From: Deltaproteobacteria bacterium
Lineage (GTDB): Bacteria > Desulfobacterota > Syntrophia > Syntrophales > UBA2185
Direction of reading: 5' to 3'
Assembly (NCBI GenBank): GCA_026388545.1
Contig: JAPLJS010000105.1
Location: 2,507 to 66,506, forward strand
DNA: 64,000 nucleotides
Every line of letters begins with the position of its first letter. The stretch's first letter is position 1. The translations under genes were made by a program, and so were the position numbers. Under the pieces are notes generated by a model. That model made no database searches, had not been told where the DNA came from, and worked only from the letters and a program-made list of their open reading frames with translations. Positions 8,786 to 18,295 of the stretch are shown piece by piece.

Positions 8786-9532
8786 ATGGCAAGAGTGAAG
8801 CAATCAAAGACTGAAATTGAGAACCAGCTTAAAGAACAGATTGGTTTTCTTATCACGTCGTGCAGATTGTACGATGATGGGCGTCACGCTGAGGCGAAAC
8901 GCCTGGCAGGCACATTGAGAATTTTATTACACGAAACAATGAAATCAAGATCGCTACTCGGGCAGCTTCACTTGCGTGATATCTCATGGGTGGATACTGC
9001 CGTCCCCTATGACCCTGAAAACTTGGTGAGCCATGTCGGGCTGGTTTCTATCCAATTTGATGAACCGTCTGGGCGCATTCCTTGGCTTGTTCCGAAAGGA
9101 GTGCCAGCCGGAGAACTAAAGAGAAACGATTTCAATAAGTGGTGGTCACACCCTGTTATCGTTGCTGTAGCCAGCACAGAGAAGAGATTCTTCTCCCGGC
9201 GAAACCTTATACTGAATGTAGCTGACACAGATGGCGGAGCACACGTTGACCCTGACCTCGAAGAGGTCTATGCAGAACTTTCAAGAAAAAACATTGTTGG
9301 GTTCACGGCCATCAAGGGTGGGAAAAGGTACCCTATGCTTTACCCCGAGATGCCCTGTCTCCGGCAAATTGCCCATGAGGTACTTTTAACATTGCAGGAA
9401 ACGGTACCTGACTATTTCAGTGAGCCCTACGATTCTGAGATCAGGAAAGAGCCATATGGGGTGAGTATTGAGCATGGTTCTCAGACAGAACCATCTTCGT
9501 TTGAGATCCATGTCAGGCCAAAAGGTACCTAA
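8786..9532 (+). CDS. Hypothetical protein (orphan, no recognised domain)
   Basis: The track ORF is 8756..9532. I prefer the ATG at 8786 (MARVKQSK...), preceded by AGGAAA. The LR(I/Q)xxHE motif occurs twice (LRILLHE, LRQIAHE), and there is an acidic DTDGGAHVDPD patch. Confidence 0.65.
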   Translation: MARVKQSKTEIENQLKEQIGFLITSCRLYDDGRHAEAKRLAGTLRILLHETMKSRSLLGQLHLRDISWVDTAVPYDPENLVSHVGLVSIQFDEPSGRIPWLVPKGVPAGELKRNDFNKWWSHPVIVAVASTEKRFFSRRNLILNVADTDGGAHVDPDLEEVYAELSRKNIVGFTAIKGGKRYPMLYPEMPCLRQIAHEVLLTLQETVPDYFSEPYDSEIRKEPYGVSIEHGSQTEPSSFEIHVRPKGT

Positions 9533-9588
9533 GGAGTGGGTGCAGCTAATCGCCTATAAATCCGGCTCCGGCTGACCCGCGTGTTACT

Positions 9589-9705
9589 CTATTTCGATTC
9601 GTAATCCTCAGTCCTGATAACTGCCCACCACTGTGTAGTTGTAGGTGCACACAATAACCGGCGCATGTTTTTTTATTAAGCAGTACGGGTTGAAATCTGC
9701 TACCC
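9589..9705 (-). repeat. Copy A of a diverged roughly 115-130-nt repeat module (partner at 21485..21612)
   Basis: The reverse complement aligns by eye with 21485..21612. Shared blocks are TTTCAACCCG-ACTG, an A/T-rich spacer, ATG-C-CCGGTTAT, CCTACAACT, TGGGCA and GAGGATTACG. I counted about 54/75 identical positions in the ATG-proximal part. Confidence 0.6.
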
Positions 9706-10052
9706 AAACGCTTTCCCCCAAATTAACGACTTCAATAAATAACAGAGTACCCGTCTGTGAAATCAAGAGCGTTGATAAGTAGGCAAACTAAACAAACGAC
9801 CTCTTTCGTTAACTTCCGTAATGTTGTTTTTTGGTTTCAGCTCGGCTATCCAACGTTTCGCTTCGTAATGTTCATACCGCGACCCTGAATATTCCTGGGA
9901 TGAAGACATCTACCCTGAAGGGCACAAGCAGTCATAACGCTTTGAGCATTTGAGGCGTGCGGGAGAGGTCCGTCTGAATTGCGCATGAATTGTGATCAAA
10001 AAGGGATATATGAAAGGAAGTTATTATCGAAGAAAAATATGTCTTTTTTTTC

Positions 10053-10112
10053 TTGACTAAAGCACGCATTGATATAATTGTGAGCGGCAATTCATTATTT
10101 GAACAATTGTTC
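10053..10112 (+). promoter_or_regulatory. Candidate promoter/operator region of the RND operon
   Basis: TTGACT (10053-10058) and TATAAT (10073-10078) are separated by a short 14-nt spacer. A perfect 12-bp palindrome GAACAATTGTTC (10101-10112) follows, flanked by the direct repeats ATTATTTGAA. Confidence 0.3.
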
Positions 10113-10204
10113 TATTATTTGAATTATGGCTCAGGTATGGAGAAACCAAAGAGGAAAGAGATAGAGCTTCAGCTCGTGATTCAAAATTCAAGGAGGAAAC
10201 ATTC

Positions 10205-11332
10205 ATGCTAAGGCGACATTCGCTCTCGAAACGATGGAATAAGGGTTATGCTGACAAATTTAAAGCCATAGCAATTATTTCACTTTTGTTTCTGATTTTT
10301 GTTGTTATGAATTTAGGGTGCACAAAAAATGAAGCGAAAGTCACGGAAGAGAAGGTTATGAATGTGAAGGTTTTGGCAGCGGAAATGAAATCTTTCCGAC
10401 CTTTTGTGGAGACGATAGGTTCATTGAAACCAAATGAAGAGGTCATTGTGAGCTCCGAAGTGGATGGCATTGTTAAAAATCTCAGGGTTAATGAGGGATC
10501 GTCGGTCTCGAAGGGAATGGTCCTAGTAGAAATCAATGAGACTGATTATCGTCTTGAGGTTAACAGGGCTGATGCAGCGCTGAGGCAGGCAAAGGCGTCC
10601 CTTGCCAATGCGAAACTGGAGTATGAGCGGAAGGCGTCCCTTTATAAAGAGGAGCTTGTGACAAAGCAGCAGTTCGATGATATATCGGCCCGCCTCGCCC
10701 TCGCGGATGGGGAGTTAGACAGGGCTAAGGCAAGCCTTTCGCTTGCGAAAGAAAAACTCTCAAAAACAAAAATATATTCTCCATTGGAGGGTATTGTCAG
10801 GGAAAAAAGGCTAACGAAAGGGGATTACGTCAGAAATGGGTCGCAACTCTTATGGATCGTGCAGACGGATCCGTTAAAATTGAGTTTTACCGTACCTGAG
10901 AAGGATATGGGAAAGCTAAAGATAGGCCAGGATGTTCTTTTCAAGGTCGATACGTATCCGGATACGGAGTTCAAAGGAAGACTCGGTACCATCTACCCAA
11001 GCCTGGAAGAAAAGACCAGAACACTTCAGGTCGAAGCACTCGTTCCCAATCACGATAACCGGTTAAAACCGGGACTATTCGCCAAGGTGACCCTCTATAC
11101 CGGACAGGCAAGAGATATTGTTGTTGTACCGATCACGGCGGTTCTTTATGAAGATTCACGGGTTAAGGTCTTTATAGCTGAGGGTGAACGGGCAAAGGAA
11201 AGACCGGTAAAAATCGGTACTAAGTACGGAGAATATCTGGAAATTGTAGAAGGAATACAAAAAGGAGAAATGGTCGTTGTGGCCGGTCAGAATAATCTTG
11301 CAGAAGGGGTGAAAATGAATGTGGCTCGCTAA
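10205..11332 (+). CDS. Efflux RND transporter periplasmic adaptor subunit (HlyD/MFP family)
   Basis: 375 aa with an N-terminal anchor, lipoyl-like and coiled-coil hairpin regions (RLEVNRADAALRQAKASLANAKLEYER...), and a beta-barrel C-terminus. Overlaps the pump gene. Confidence 0.9.
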   Translation: MLRRHSLSKRWNKGYADKFKAIAIISLLFLIFVVMNLGCTKNEAKVTEEKVMNVKVLAAEMKSFRPFVETIGSLKPNEEVIVSSEVDGIVKNLRVNEGSSVSKGMVLVEINETDYRLEVNRADAALRQAKASLANAKLEYERKASLYKEELVTKQQFDDISARLALADGELDRAKASLSLAKEKLSKTKIYSPLEGIVREKRLTKGDYVRNGSQLLWIVQTDPLKLSFTVPEKDMGKLKIGQDVLFKVDTYPDTEFKGRLGTIYPSLEEKTRTLQVEALVPNHDNRLKPGLFAKVTLYTGQARDIVVVPITAVLYEDSRVKVFIAEGERAKERPVKIGTKYGEYLEIVEGIQKGEMVVVAGQNNLAEGVKMNVAR

Positions 11333-14300
11333 TACCTCTATAAAACGCCCCGTTTTCGCGACCATGTTTATTGTGGCGCTGGTCGTTTTAGGGGTTGTCA
11401 GCTACCCGGATATTGGTGTGGATCTCTTTCCCAAGGTCGATTTCCCCATTATCAATATCACCACGACCCTCAAAGGCGCAAGTCCCGAGATCATGGATAT
11501 CGATGTAACGGACAAGATTGAGGAATCGGTCAATACCATAAACGGTGTTAAGACGATCACCTCGATGAGTGTGGAGGGAGCCTCTGTCGTTACGGTGGAG
11601 TTTGTCCTGGAGAGGGACATCGATCTTGCCGTACAGGACGTAAGGGAAAAGATTTCAACGATCCGCTCCAAACTTCCGACGGATATTGATGAGCCAATTA
11701 TCGAGAAGGTCGATCCTGATGCCAATCCCGTAATCTGGCTCAATCTTATGGGGAACAAACCAATCCGGGATCTTTCAACCTATGCCGACGAGGTTTTAAA
11801 AGAGAAACTTCAGCGGATTAATGAAGTCGGCGCCATAAGGCTTTACGGATTACGCCTCAGGCAGGTGAGGATCTGGATCGATGCAGACCGGATGAGGGCT
11901 TATGGGGTCGCCCCCGGCGATATCATGCAGGCCCTGCAGCGTGAAAACCTCGAACTCCCCGGAGGGCGGATCGAGAGCACCTCAAAAGAGTATGAAGTTA
12001 AAATTAAAGGGGAGTTTTCCAAGGTTCACGACTTTAATGATTTGATTGTGGCCTATTACAAAGGCGCACCGGTAAGGCTCCGGGATATCGGAAAGGCCGA
12101 AGACGGGATGCAGGAAAAACGCACCGTTTCGAGGTTCAACGGTATTCCATCGGTTGGCCTGGGCGTGCAGAAACAGTCGGGAACCAATACGGTAGAGGTG
12201 GTGAACCGCGTCAAAAAGGAACTTGAAATTATCAAGAAAACCCTTCCCCCCGGTATGGAGATTGGCATTGCCTTTGACCAGTCCACCTTTATCAATAGAT
12301 CCATCAATGAAGTTCAGCACCACTTGATCTTCGGCGGGTTCCTTGCCGTTTTGGCAGTCTTTATATTCCTGCGAAACTGGAGAATTACGCTCATCAGCGC
12401 CATGGCGCTTCCTGTCTCGGTGATTGCTACTTTCGCACTGCTGCGGGCGTTCAATTTTACCTTCAACAACATGACCATGCTGGCCCTTTCGCTCTCCATC
12501 GGGATTCTCATCGACGACGCCATCATCGTCATCGAAAATATCCACCGCCATATCGAGGAAGGGATGGCCCCCGGAGAGGCGGCCTCCTTTGCCACCTCCG
12601 AGATCGGGCTCGCCGTCATGGCCACCACTTTTGCCATAGTCGCGATTTTTCTCCCCGTGGCTTTCATGAAGGGAATTATCGGACGGTTCTTCCTGCAGTT
12701 TGCTCTCACTGTAGTCTTTGCCGTTCTTGTCTCTCTTATCGTCTCTTTTACGTTGACCCCCATGATGGCATCGCTTTTCCTCAAGGCACACGAGAAGCAT
12801 TCAGAGGATCATCCTAAAAACCCTTCGCGGTTTGCCCCTCTCATCAGGATCGGGGATTGGTGGGAGAGAGGGTATAAAAAAACAGAGACGGTGTACCGGA
12901 GTCTCCTTGATGCGTCGCTCCGCCACCGGGGCATAGTTCTCATCCTTGCCGGTGTGATCTTTTTCTTCAGCATCTTCATTACGAAGTTTATAGGGAAGGA
13001 GTTCGTACCCCCAGAGGATCAGAGCCGGTTTATTGTGCGCCTCGAGGCCCCCGCAGACTACTCAGTGGACAAGGCTGATGAGATGTTTATGAAGGCAGAG
13101 GATGTCGTAAGACAAACCCCGGAAGTGGTGACGGCCTTCTATATCCAGGGATACGGCCGCACCGTTCAGATCAACAAGGGAATCCTGATTGTCAATTTAA
13201 AGAAGAAGTCGGAAAGAAAGAAGAGCCAGGAACAGGTCAAGAAGGAATTGAGACGGAAGTTTCTTGAGATACCGGGTCTCAAAGGAACAGCCGAGGACAT
13301 CTCTCTTGTCGGCGGCGGCGTAAGAAACGTGCCCATTCAATATAGCATCCGGGGTATCGATCTTTCCGCACTCCAGTCCTATACGAGGCAGATCGTGGAT
13401 GAATTCTCCAAGCTCCCCGGCATTGTGGATGTTGATACTTCCCTTGAGGCGGGTAAGCCGGAGCTCAAGGTCTTCATTGACCGCGATAAGGCTGCCGATC
13501 TGGGCGTGAGTGTGGCCTCCGTTGCCGAGGCGGTGAATCTCCTGATCAGCGGTGAAGTGGATGTGACCAAGTATAAGGATGAGCAGAGGGGAAGGCGCTA
13601 TGATGTGCGGGTAAGGCTTAATGCCGCGGATCGCTCCAATCCTGATGATCTGGGAAGAATTTACGTCCGGGCGAAAGACGGAAGGCTCGTTGAACTCGCC
13701 AATGTAATCCGGATCCAGGAAGGAGGCGGCCCCAGCGTCATCAACCGTGTGGACAGGCAGCGGGCCATCACCGTCTTTGCGAGCCTCGAGGGAAAGCCCC
13801 TGGGGCAGGCGATGAGTGAACTCAATGCCATCGCGGCCAAGGTGCTCCCCTTGGATTACATACCCAAGTACAAAGGAATGGCGGAAACAATGGGAGAATC
13901 CTTCCAGTACCTAATATTTGCCTTGATCCTCGGCATTATTATGGCCTATATGATTCTCGCCTCTCAGTTTGAGAGCTTCCTCCATCCCTTCATTGTCCTT
14001 CTATCCATGCCCCTGTCCTTTATCGGCGCCTTCGGGGCCCTGTTGCTGATGGGAAAGACTCTCAGCATCTTCAGCTTCATCGGTCTTATCCTGCTTATGG
14101 GATTGGTAAAGAAGAATGCCATCCTTCTTGTGGATTATACCAATACGCTGAGGGAAAGGGGAATGCCGAGGAGAGAGGCAATTCTCCAGGCCGGACCGGT
14201 GAGATTGAGGCCGATTTTGATGACGACCTTTGCCATGGTCTTTGGAATGCTGCCCGTTGCCATGGGTTTAGGGGAGGGGGCCGAAACCCGTTCGCCCATG

Positions 14301-14465
14301 GGTATTGCCGTTATCGGCGGTCTTCTTACCTCCCTGTTTCTAACGCTTGTTGTTGTGCCGGCGGCCTATGATCTCTTTGATGATTTGCAGGAAATAATCA
14401 AGGGGAGAAGAAAGATCAGGATCTTTCGGCGAAAGGAAGAAAAGCGAATCGAAAAAACGGAATAA
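11319..14465 (+). CDS. Efflux RND transporter permease subunit (AcrB/HAE1-like)
   Basis: 1048 aa with the typical N-terminus SIKRPVFATMFIVALVVLG and 12-TM architecture. DDAIIVIENI motif present. Confidence 0.95.
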   Translation: MWLANTSIKRPVFATMFIVALVVLGVVSYPDIGVDLFPKVDFPIINITTTLKGASPEIMDIDVTDKIEESVNTINGVKTITSMSVEGASVVTVEFVLERDIDLAVQDVREKISTIRSKLPTDIDEPIIEKVDPDANPVIWLNLMGNKPIRDLSTYADEVLKEKLQRINEVGAIRLYGLRLRQVRIWIDADRMRAYGVAPGDIMQALQRENLELPGGRIESTSKEYEVKIKGEFSKVHDFNDLIVAYYKGAPVRLRDIGKAEDGMQEKRTVSRFNGIPSVGLGVQKQSGTNTVEVVNRVKKELEIIKKTLPPGMEIGIAFDQSTFINRSINEVQHHLIFGGFLAVLAVFIFLRNWRITLISAMALPVSVIATFALLRAFNFTFNNMTMLALSLSIGILIDDAIIVIENIHRHIEEGMAPGEAASFATSEIGLAVMATTFAIVAIFLPVAFMKGIIGRFFLQFALTVVFAVLVSLIVSFTLTPMMASLFLKAHEKHSEDHPKNPSRFAPLIRIGDWWERGYKKTETVYRSLLDASLRHRGIVLILAGVIFFFSIFITKFIGKEFVPPEDQSRFIVRLEAPADYSVDKADEMFMKAEDVVRQTPEVVTAFYIQGYGRTVQINKGILIVNLKKKSERKKSQEQVKKELRRKFLEIPGLKGTAEDISLVGGGVRNVPIQYSIRGIDLSALQSYTRQIVDEFSKLPGIVDVDTSLEAGKPELKVFIDRDKAADLGVSVASVAEAVNLLISGEVDVTKYKDEQRGRRYDVRVRLNAADRSNPDDLGRIYVRAKDGRLVELANVIRIQEGGGPSVINRVDRQRAITVFASLEGKPLGQAMSELNAIAAKVLPLDYIPKYKGMAETMGESFQYLIFALILGIIMAYMILASQFESFLHPFIVLLSMPLSFIGAFGALLLMGKTLSIFSFIGLILLMGLVKKNAILLVDYTNTLRERGMPRREAILQAGPVRLRPILMTTFAMVFGMLPVAMGLGEGAETRSPMGIAVIGGLLTSLFLTLVVVPAAYDLFDDLQEIIKGRRKIRIFRRKEEKRIEKTE

Positions 14466-14791
14466 TGAATGATGCCATAAGAAAATGGAGGGCAAGATCA
14501 GTGAAGATGTTTTTAATTGTTTATTGCGATGCAGCAGACAAATACGTCATTGAAGTGTTTAAAAAAGCCGGCGTCTCGCACTATACAAAAATGGAAGAAG
14601 TACATGGTGAAGGGACAGAAACGGAACCAAAACTGGGTACCCACTGCTGGCCGGGGGCAAATAATGTCCTTTTCGTTGCCGTCCAGAACGAAGAAGTTCC
14701 TTTAATAACGGAGTTGGTGAGACAGTTAAAGAAGGAGCATCCAAGGGCCGGTGTGAAGGGCTTCATCCTTCCCATGGAGGAAAGCATATAA
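14465..14791 (+). CDS. Transporter-associated PII-like small protein (PG0541-type)
   Basis: 108 aa with a TAATG overlap with the pump gene. The sequence MFLIVYCDAADKYVIEVFKKAGVSHYTKMEEVHGEG matches my recollection of the small ferredoxin-like proteins that trail RND operons. Confidence 0.65.
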   Translation: MNDAIRKWRARSVKMFLIVYCDAADKYVIEVFKKAGVSHYTKMEEVHGEGTETEPKLGTHCWPGANNVLFVAVQNEEVPLITELVRQLKKEHPRAGVKGFILPMEESI

Positions 14792-15001
14792 AAAAGTGAG
14801 AAATATCCCGGTCTTCATCACCGATGAGCTATCCTGAAATTATGTGGAAATTCTTATTATTCTGAAATATTTTGTAGAATTTGACCAAAATAGCTGATAG
14901 AGTAAAACATTAGGTTGGGGTATTTATTTCCGGGTATAGCAGCGAATAACCGCTGAAACATGCGTTCCATTATTCACGTATGTAATTTAAAAAAGGAATT
15001 T

Positions 15002-17476
15002 ATGAAAAAATTAGTTAAATCTGGTATTTCAGATATCATCATCGGGATAATGCTAACCATTTTAACGGTCGGAGCTTTCTATTTTGGATGGACCCCAACA
15101 CAATATCTCGAATACAAGATTTATGATGCAGGTTCCACCCTTAAGGAAAGAGTCTCTAATTCCCCTATAGTAATTGTAGCGATAGATGATGAGAGTATTG
15201 CTAATATGGGGAGATGGCCCTGGCCGCGTGGTTATATTGCCCATATGATCGGTCTTCTGAACAGTTACGAAGCTAAAGTGATCGGGGTAAATATAATTTA
15301 TTCAGAAAGTGATTTCAACCAGGGCTTGCTTGAAGTGCGTGATATTATCAAGAATATAGAGAGTAATCCTGGTCTGCTTAAGAACAGGCAAGTTGGTGAA
15401 ATCCATACCTCTCTGAAGGAATCCGAAAAAAAACTCGATAATGATGCTATTCTCTCAGCATCCATCGGGGAAAGTAAGAAAGTAGTGTTGCCTCTCGTGT
15501 TTATCCTCGGCAGTTCAGTCAGCAATAGTGGATCTGATGTACCAGAATATCTGAAGCAGAATTCTATTGAAGTTTCCGCTCGTGAGGGTAGTATTTCAGG
15601 GAGAGAGATTGTACCTCCTATCCCTGATTTCGCGGCAAAATCATTTGCTCTTGGCCATATCAATGTTGTTGCCGATGTGGACGGAACAGTGAGAAGTGAA
15701 CCTCTGTTGGTATATTATGAAGGGCGAGCCTATCCATCCCTCGGACTGCAATTGACCTTAAAGTATTTAAACTATGATATAAAAGATGTGAGTGTGGCCG
15801 GTGATTTGACATTTGGAAACAACAGTGTTCCTATTTCTGATAAGGGTAAGATGCTTATCAGTTTCAGTAAGAGCTTCCCGTATTTCTCTTTCTATGATGT
15901 GGTCAGTAATAAGGTACCTCCTGAGGCATTCAAAAATAAAATTGTCATCATTGCCCAGAGCGCAATCGGCCTTGGTGCAATGCAGGCTACGCCAATAGGC
16001 CCTAATGTTCCATCCTGGGGAATTATAGCGAACGTAGTTGATAATATACTCACGAATGATCATATAGTGCGGCCTGGTTGGGCATTTCCCCTTGAAATCG
16101 GAGTTATCGTCTTCTTCGGCGTTTTTCTTGCTCTGGCAATACCGAGACTCAAGGCCAGAATCGGTGCCATTGCTTCGCTAATCATTCTTCTGGTCTGGAT
16201 CGGTGCGGGAGTGTATCTATTGATGAGTTACGGATACTGGATTAAGGTTATTCATCCCTCCCTTCTTCTCCTGTTCGGATATATAATTATCGTCTCTAAG
16301 GGTTATTTTTTTACAGAAAAGGCAAAGGAACGCATCGAGGCAGACAGTGTCGAAACCAATAAAATGTTGGGACTTTCTTTCCAGGGGCAAGGCATGCTCG
16401 ACATGGCCTTCGAAAAATTCCGGAAATGTCCTATTGAGGATGAGGCGATTAAGGAGTCGCTCTACAACTTAGGTCTTGATTTTGAGAGAAAGAGAATGTT
16501 TAACAAGGCCGTGGCTGTCTACGAGCATATCTCGCAAGCAGGAAGTTTCAAGGACATTGAAGAACGGGCGAAGAAGCTGAAGGCAGCAGGGGAGACAATG
16601 ATATTCGGACTTGGCGGCGCGAAAAAGGACGCCACGGTGCTCGTTGATAGTTCTCAAACGAAACCTACTCTCGGCCGCTATGAAATTTCCAGGGAACTCG
16701 GACGGGGCGCCATGGGAACGGTTTACCTGGGCAAAGACCCCAAGATCAACAGGGAAGTAGCGATTAAGACCTTGAGATATGAAGAGGTCGATGAAGAGCA
16801 GATTGCGGAGGTGAAAAAGAGATTCTTCCGGGAGGCAGAGGCTGCCGGTAAACTCTCTCATCCTAACATCGTTACTATTTATGATGTCGGTGAGGACTAC
16901 GATCTTGCCTACATGGCGATGGAACTTCTTGACGGAGCGGACCTCGCGAAATATTGCCAGAAGGAAAATTTGTTGCCCATCCATGATGTAATGAAGATAA
17001 TCTCATCAGTTGCGAATGCCCTTGATTATGCCCATAGCAATGGAGTCGTCCACAGGGATATCAAACCGGCAAACATCATGATTTTGAAAAACGGAGAAGT
17101 CAAAGTTACAGATTTCGGAATTGCCAGGGTGATGACCTCTTCCAAGACCCAGACCGGTGTGGTTCTTGGTACACCAAGCTATATGTCACCGGAACAGATC
17201 GCAGGGCAGAAGGTGGATGGTCGTTCAGACCTCTTTTCCCTCGGAGTCGTATTCTACGAACTTCTTACGGGCGAAAGGCCGTTTCAGGGTGACAGCATTG
17301 CTACCCTCATGTTTAATATTACCGCATCTTCACCGGCCCCGATAAAGGATCTGGCGCCGAATATCCCACAACCCTGTATTAACATTATTGAGAAGTTACT
17401 TGTTAAAGATAGGGAGTTACGATATCAACAGGGAAAAGAACTCGTTCGTGAACTTGCTGAGTGCATTCACCTTTAG
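15002..17476 (+). CDS. CHASE2 sensor domain-containing serine/threonine protein kinase
   Basis: The track ORF begins at 14960; the ATG at 15002 has an AAGGA SD. An N-terminal CHASE2-like extracytoplasmic domain (GRWPWPR) and TM helices lead to a C-terminal Hanks kinase (GRGAMGTVY, VAIK, HRDIKPANIM, DFGIA, SPEQ). Confidence 0.9.
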   Translation: MKKLVKSGISDIIIGIMLTILTVGAFYFGWTPTQYLEYKIYDAGSTLKERVSNSPIVIVAIDDESIANMGRWPWPRGYIAHMIGLLNSYEAKVIGVNIIYSESDFNQGLLEVRDIIKNIESNPGLLKNRQVGEIHTSLKESEKKLDNDAILSASIGESKKVVLPLVFILGSSVSNSGSDVPEYLKQNSIEVSAREGSISGREIVPPIPDFAAKSFALGHINVVADVDGTVRSEPLLVYYEGRAYPSLGLQLTLKYLNYDIKDVSVAGDLTFGNNSVPISDKGKMLISFSKSFPYFSFYDVVSNKVPPEAFKNKIVIIAQSAIGLGAMQATPIGPNVPSWGIIANVVDNILTNDHIVRPGWAFPLEIGVIVFFGVFLALAIPRLKARIGAIASLIILLVWIGAGVYLLMSYGYWIKVIHPSLLLLFGYIIIVSKGYFFTEKAKERIEADSVETNKMLGLSFQGQGMLDMAFEKFRKCPIEDEAIKESLYNLGLDFERKRMFNKAVAVYEHISQAGSFKDIEERAKKLKAAGETMIFGLGGAKKDATVLVDSSQTKPTLGRYEISRELGRGAMGTVYLGKDPKINREVAIKTLRYEEVDEEQIAEVKKRFFREAEAAGKLSHPNIVTIYDVGEDYDLAYMAMELLDGADLAKYCQKENLLPIHDVMKIISSVANALDYAHSNGVVHRDIKPANIMILKNGEVKVTDFGIARVMTSSKTQTGVVLGTPSYMSPEQIAGQKVDGRSDLFSLGVVFYELLTGERPFQGDSIATLMFNITASSPAPIKDLAPNIPQPCINIIEKLLVKDRELRYQQGKELVRELAECIHL

Positions 17477-17485
17477 GAGATTATA

Positions 17486-18292
17486 TTGGAAATTCTTGTT
17501 CAAGGCAGAACAGATAAAGGGATTGTCAGATCGAACAACGAGGATAATTTTTATCTTAATGACAAGGTGGGCCTTCTTGTTGTTGCCGATGGTATGGGAG
17601 GGCATGCTTCCGGAGAAGTAGCGAGCAAGATGGCCATCGATGTAATCAGGGACTATATTATCGAGGTAAAAGAAGGGCAATATCCACAGATCGGCAAATA
17701 TCGGGAAGAATTTTCTGAAGAGACAAATCGTATAGGCTCAGCGGTACGTCTTGCCAACAGGGTTATCTATGAGGCGGCACAGAGTAATCCCGGATGGCAG
17801 GGCATGGGCACGACGGTAGCAGCGGTCTTGCTCAACGGGAACCTACTGAGCATTGTTCATGTCGGTGATAGCAGGGTTTATCTTGTCAGGGCAGGCAATA
17901 TCGAACAAATGACCGATGACCATTCGGTGGTCTATGAACAGGTCAAGCGTGAGCTGTTGACGAAAGAAGAGGCCCAGAAATCCGAGATGAAAAATCTCCT
18001 TACGAGGGCCCTTGGCGCAACACTGGAAGTTGAGGTGGATTTTGCTGAGTTGACTCTCACGGACGGTGATATTTTGATACTATGTACAGACGGTCTCAGT
18101 TCAATGGTTTCTGATGACGATATCCTCTCTGTTATGCTTTCATCGAACGATCCAACCGCAGCATGTGAAAGGCTGATCGACATGGCCAATAAAAACGGCG
18201 GCAAAGATAACATAACAGTGATTACAGGATATATCAGGAAAAAAAGCTGGTTTTCTTTTTTATTAAATTTCAAGGAATGGTTCAGGAGGTAA
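17486..18292 (+). CDS. PP2C-family Ser/Thr protein phosphatase (Stp1-like)
   Basis: TTG start. Motifs RSNNEDNF, VADGMGGH, GDSRVY and LCTDGL..., with DN near the C-terminus. Confidence 0.9.
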   Translation: MEILVQGRTDKGIVRSNNEDNFYLNDKVGLLVVADGMGGHASGEVASKMAIDVIRDYIIEVKEGQYPQIGKYREEFSEETNRIGSAVRLANRVIYEAAQSNPGWQGMGTTVAAVLLNGNLLSIVHVGDSRVYLVRAGNIEQMTDDHSVVYEQVKRELLTKEEAQKSEMKNLLTRALGATLEVEVDFAELTLTDGDILILCTDGLSSMVSDDDILSVMLSSNDPTAACERLIDMANKNGGKDNITVITGYIRKKSWFSFLLNFKEWFRR

Positions 18293-18295
18293 TGT

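Noticed and set aside
10076-10087. AATTGTGAGCGG, identical to 12 nt of the E. coli lac operator
   Set aside because: The match does not extend to the second half-site, and no LacI-family gene is nearby. It is probably chance or an overlap with the -10 region.
11402-13570. Long antisense ORFs inside the RND pump gene (up to 272 aa)
   Set aside because: They are shadow ORFs opposite a confidently identified 1048-aa AcrB-family gene, with low-complexity Arg/Gly/Asp/His-rich translations.
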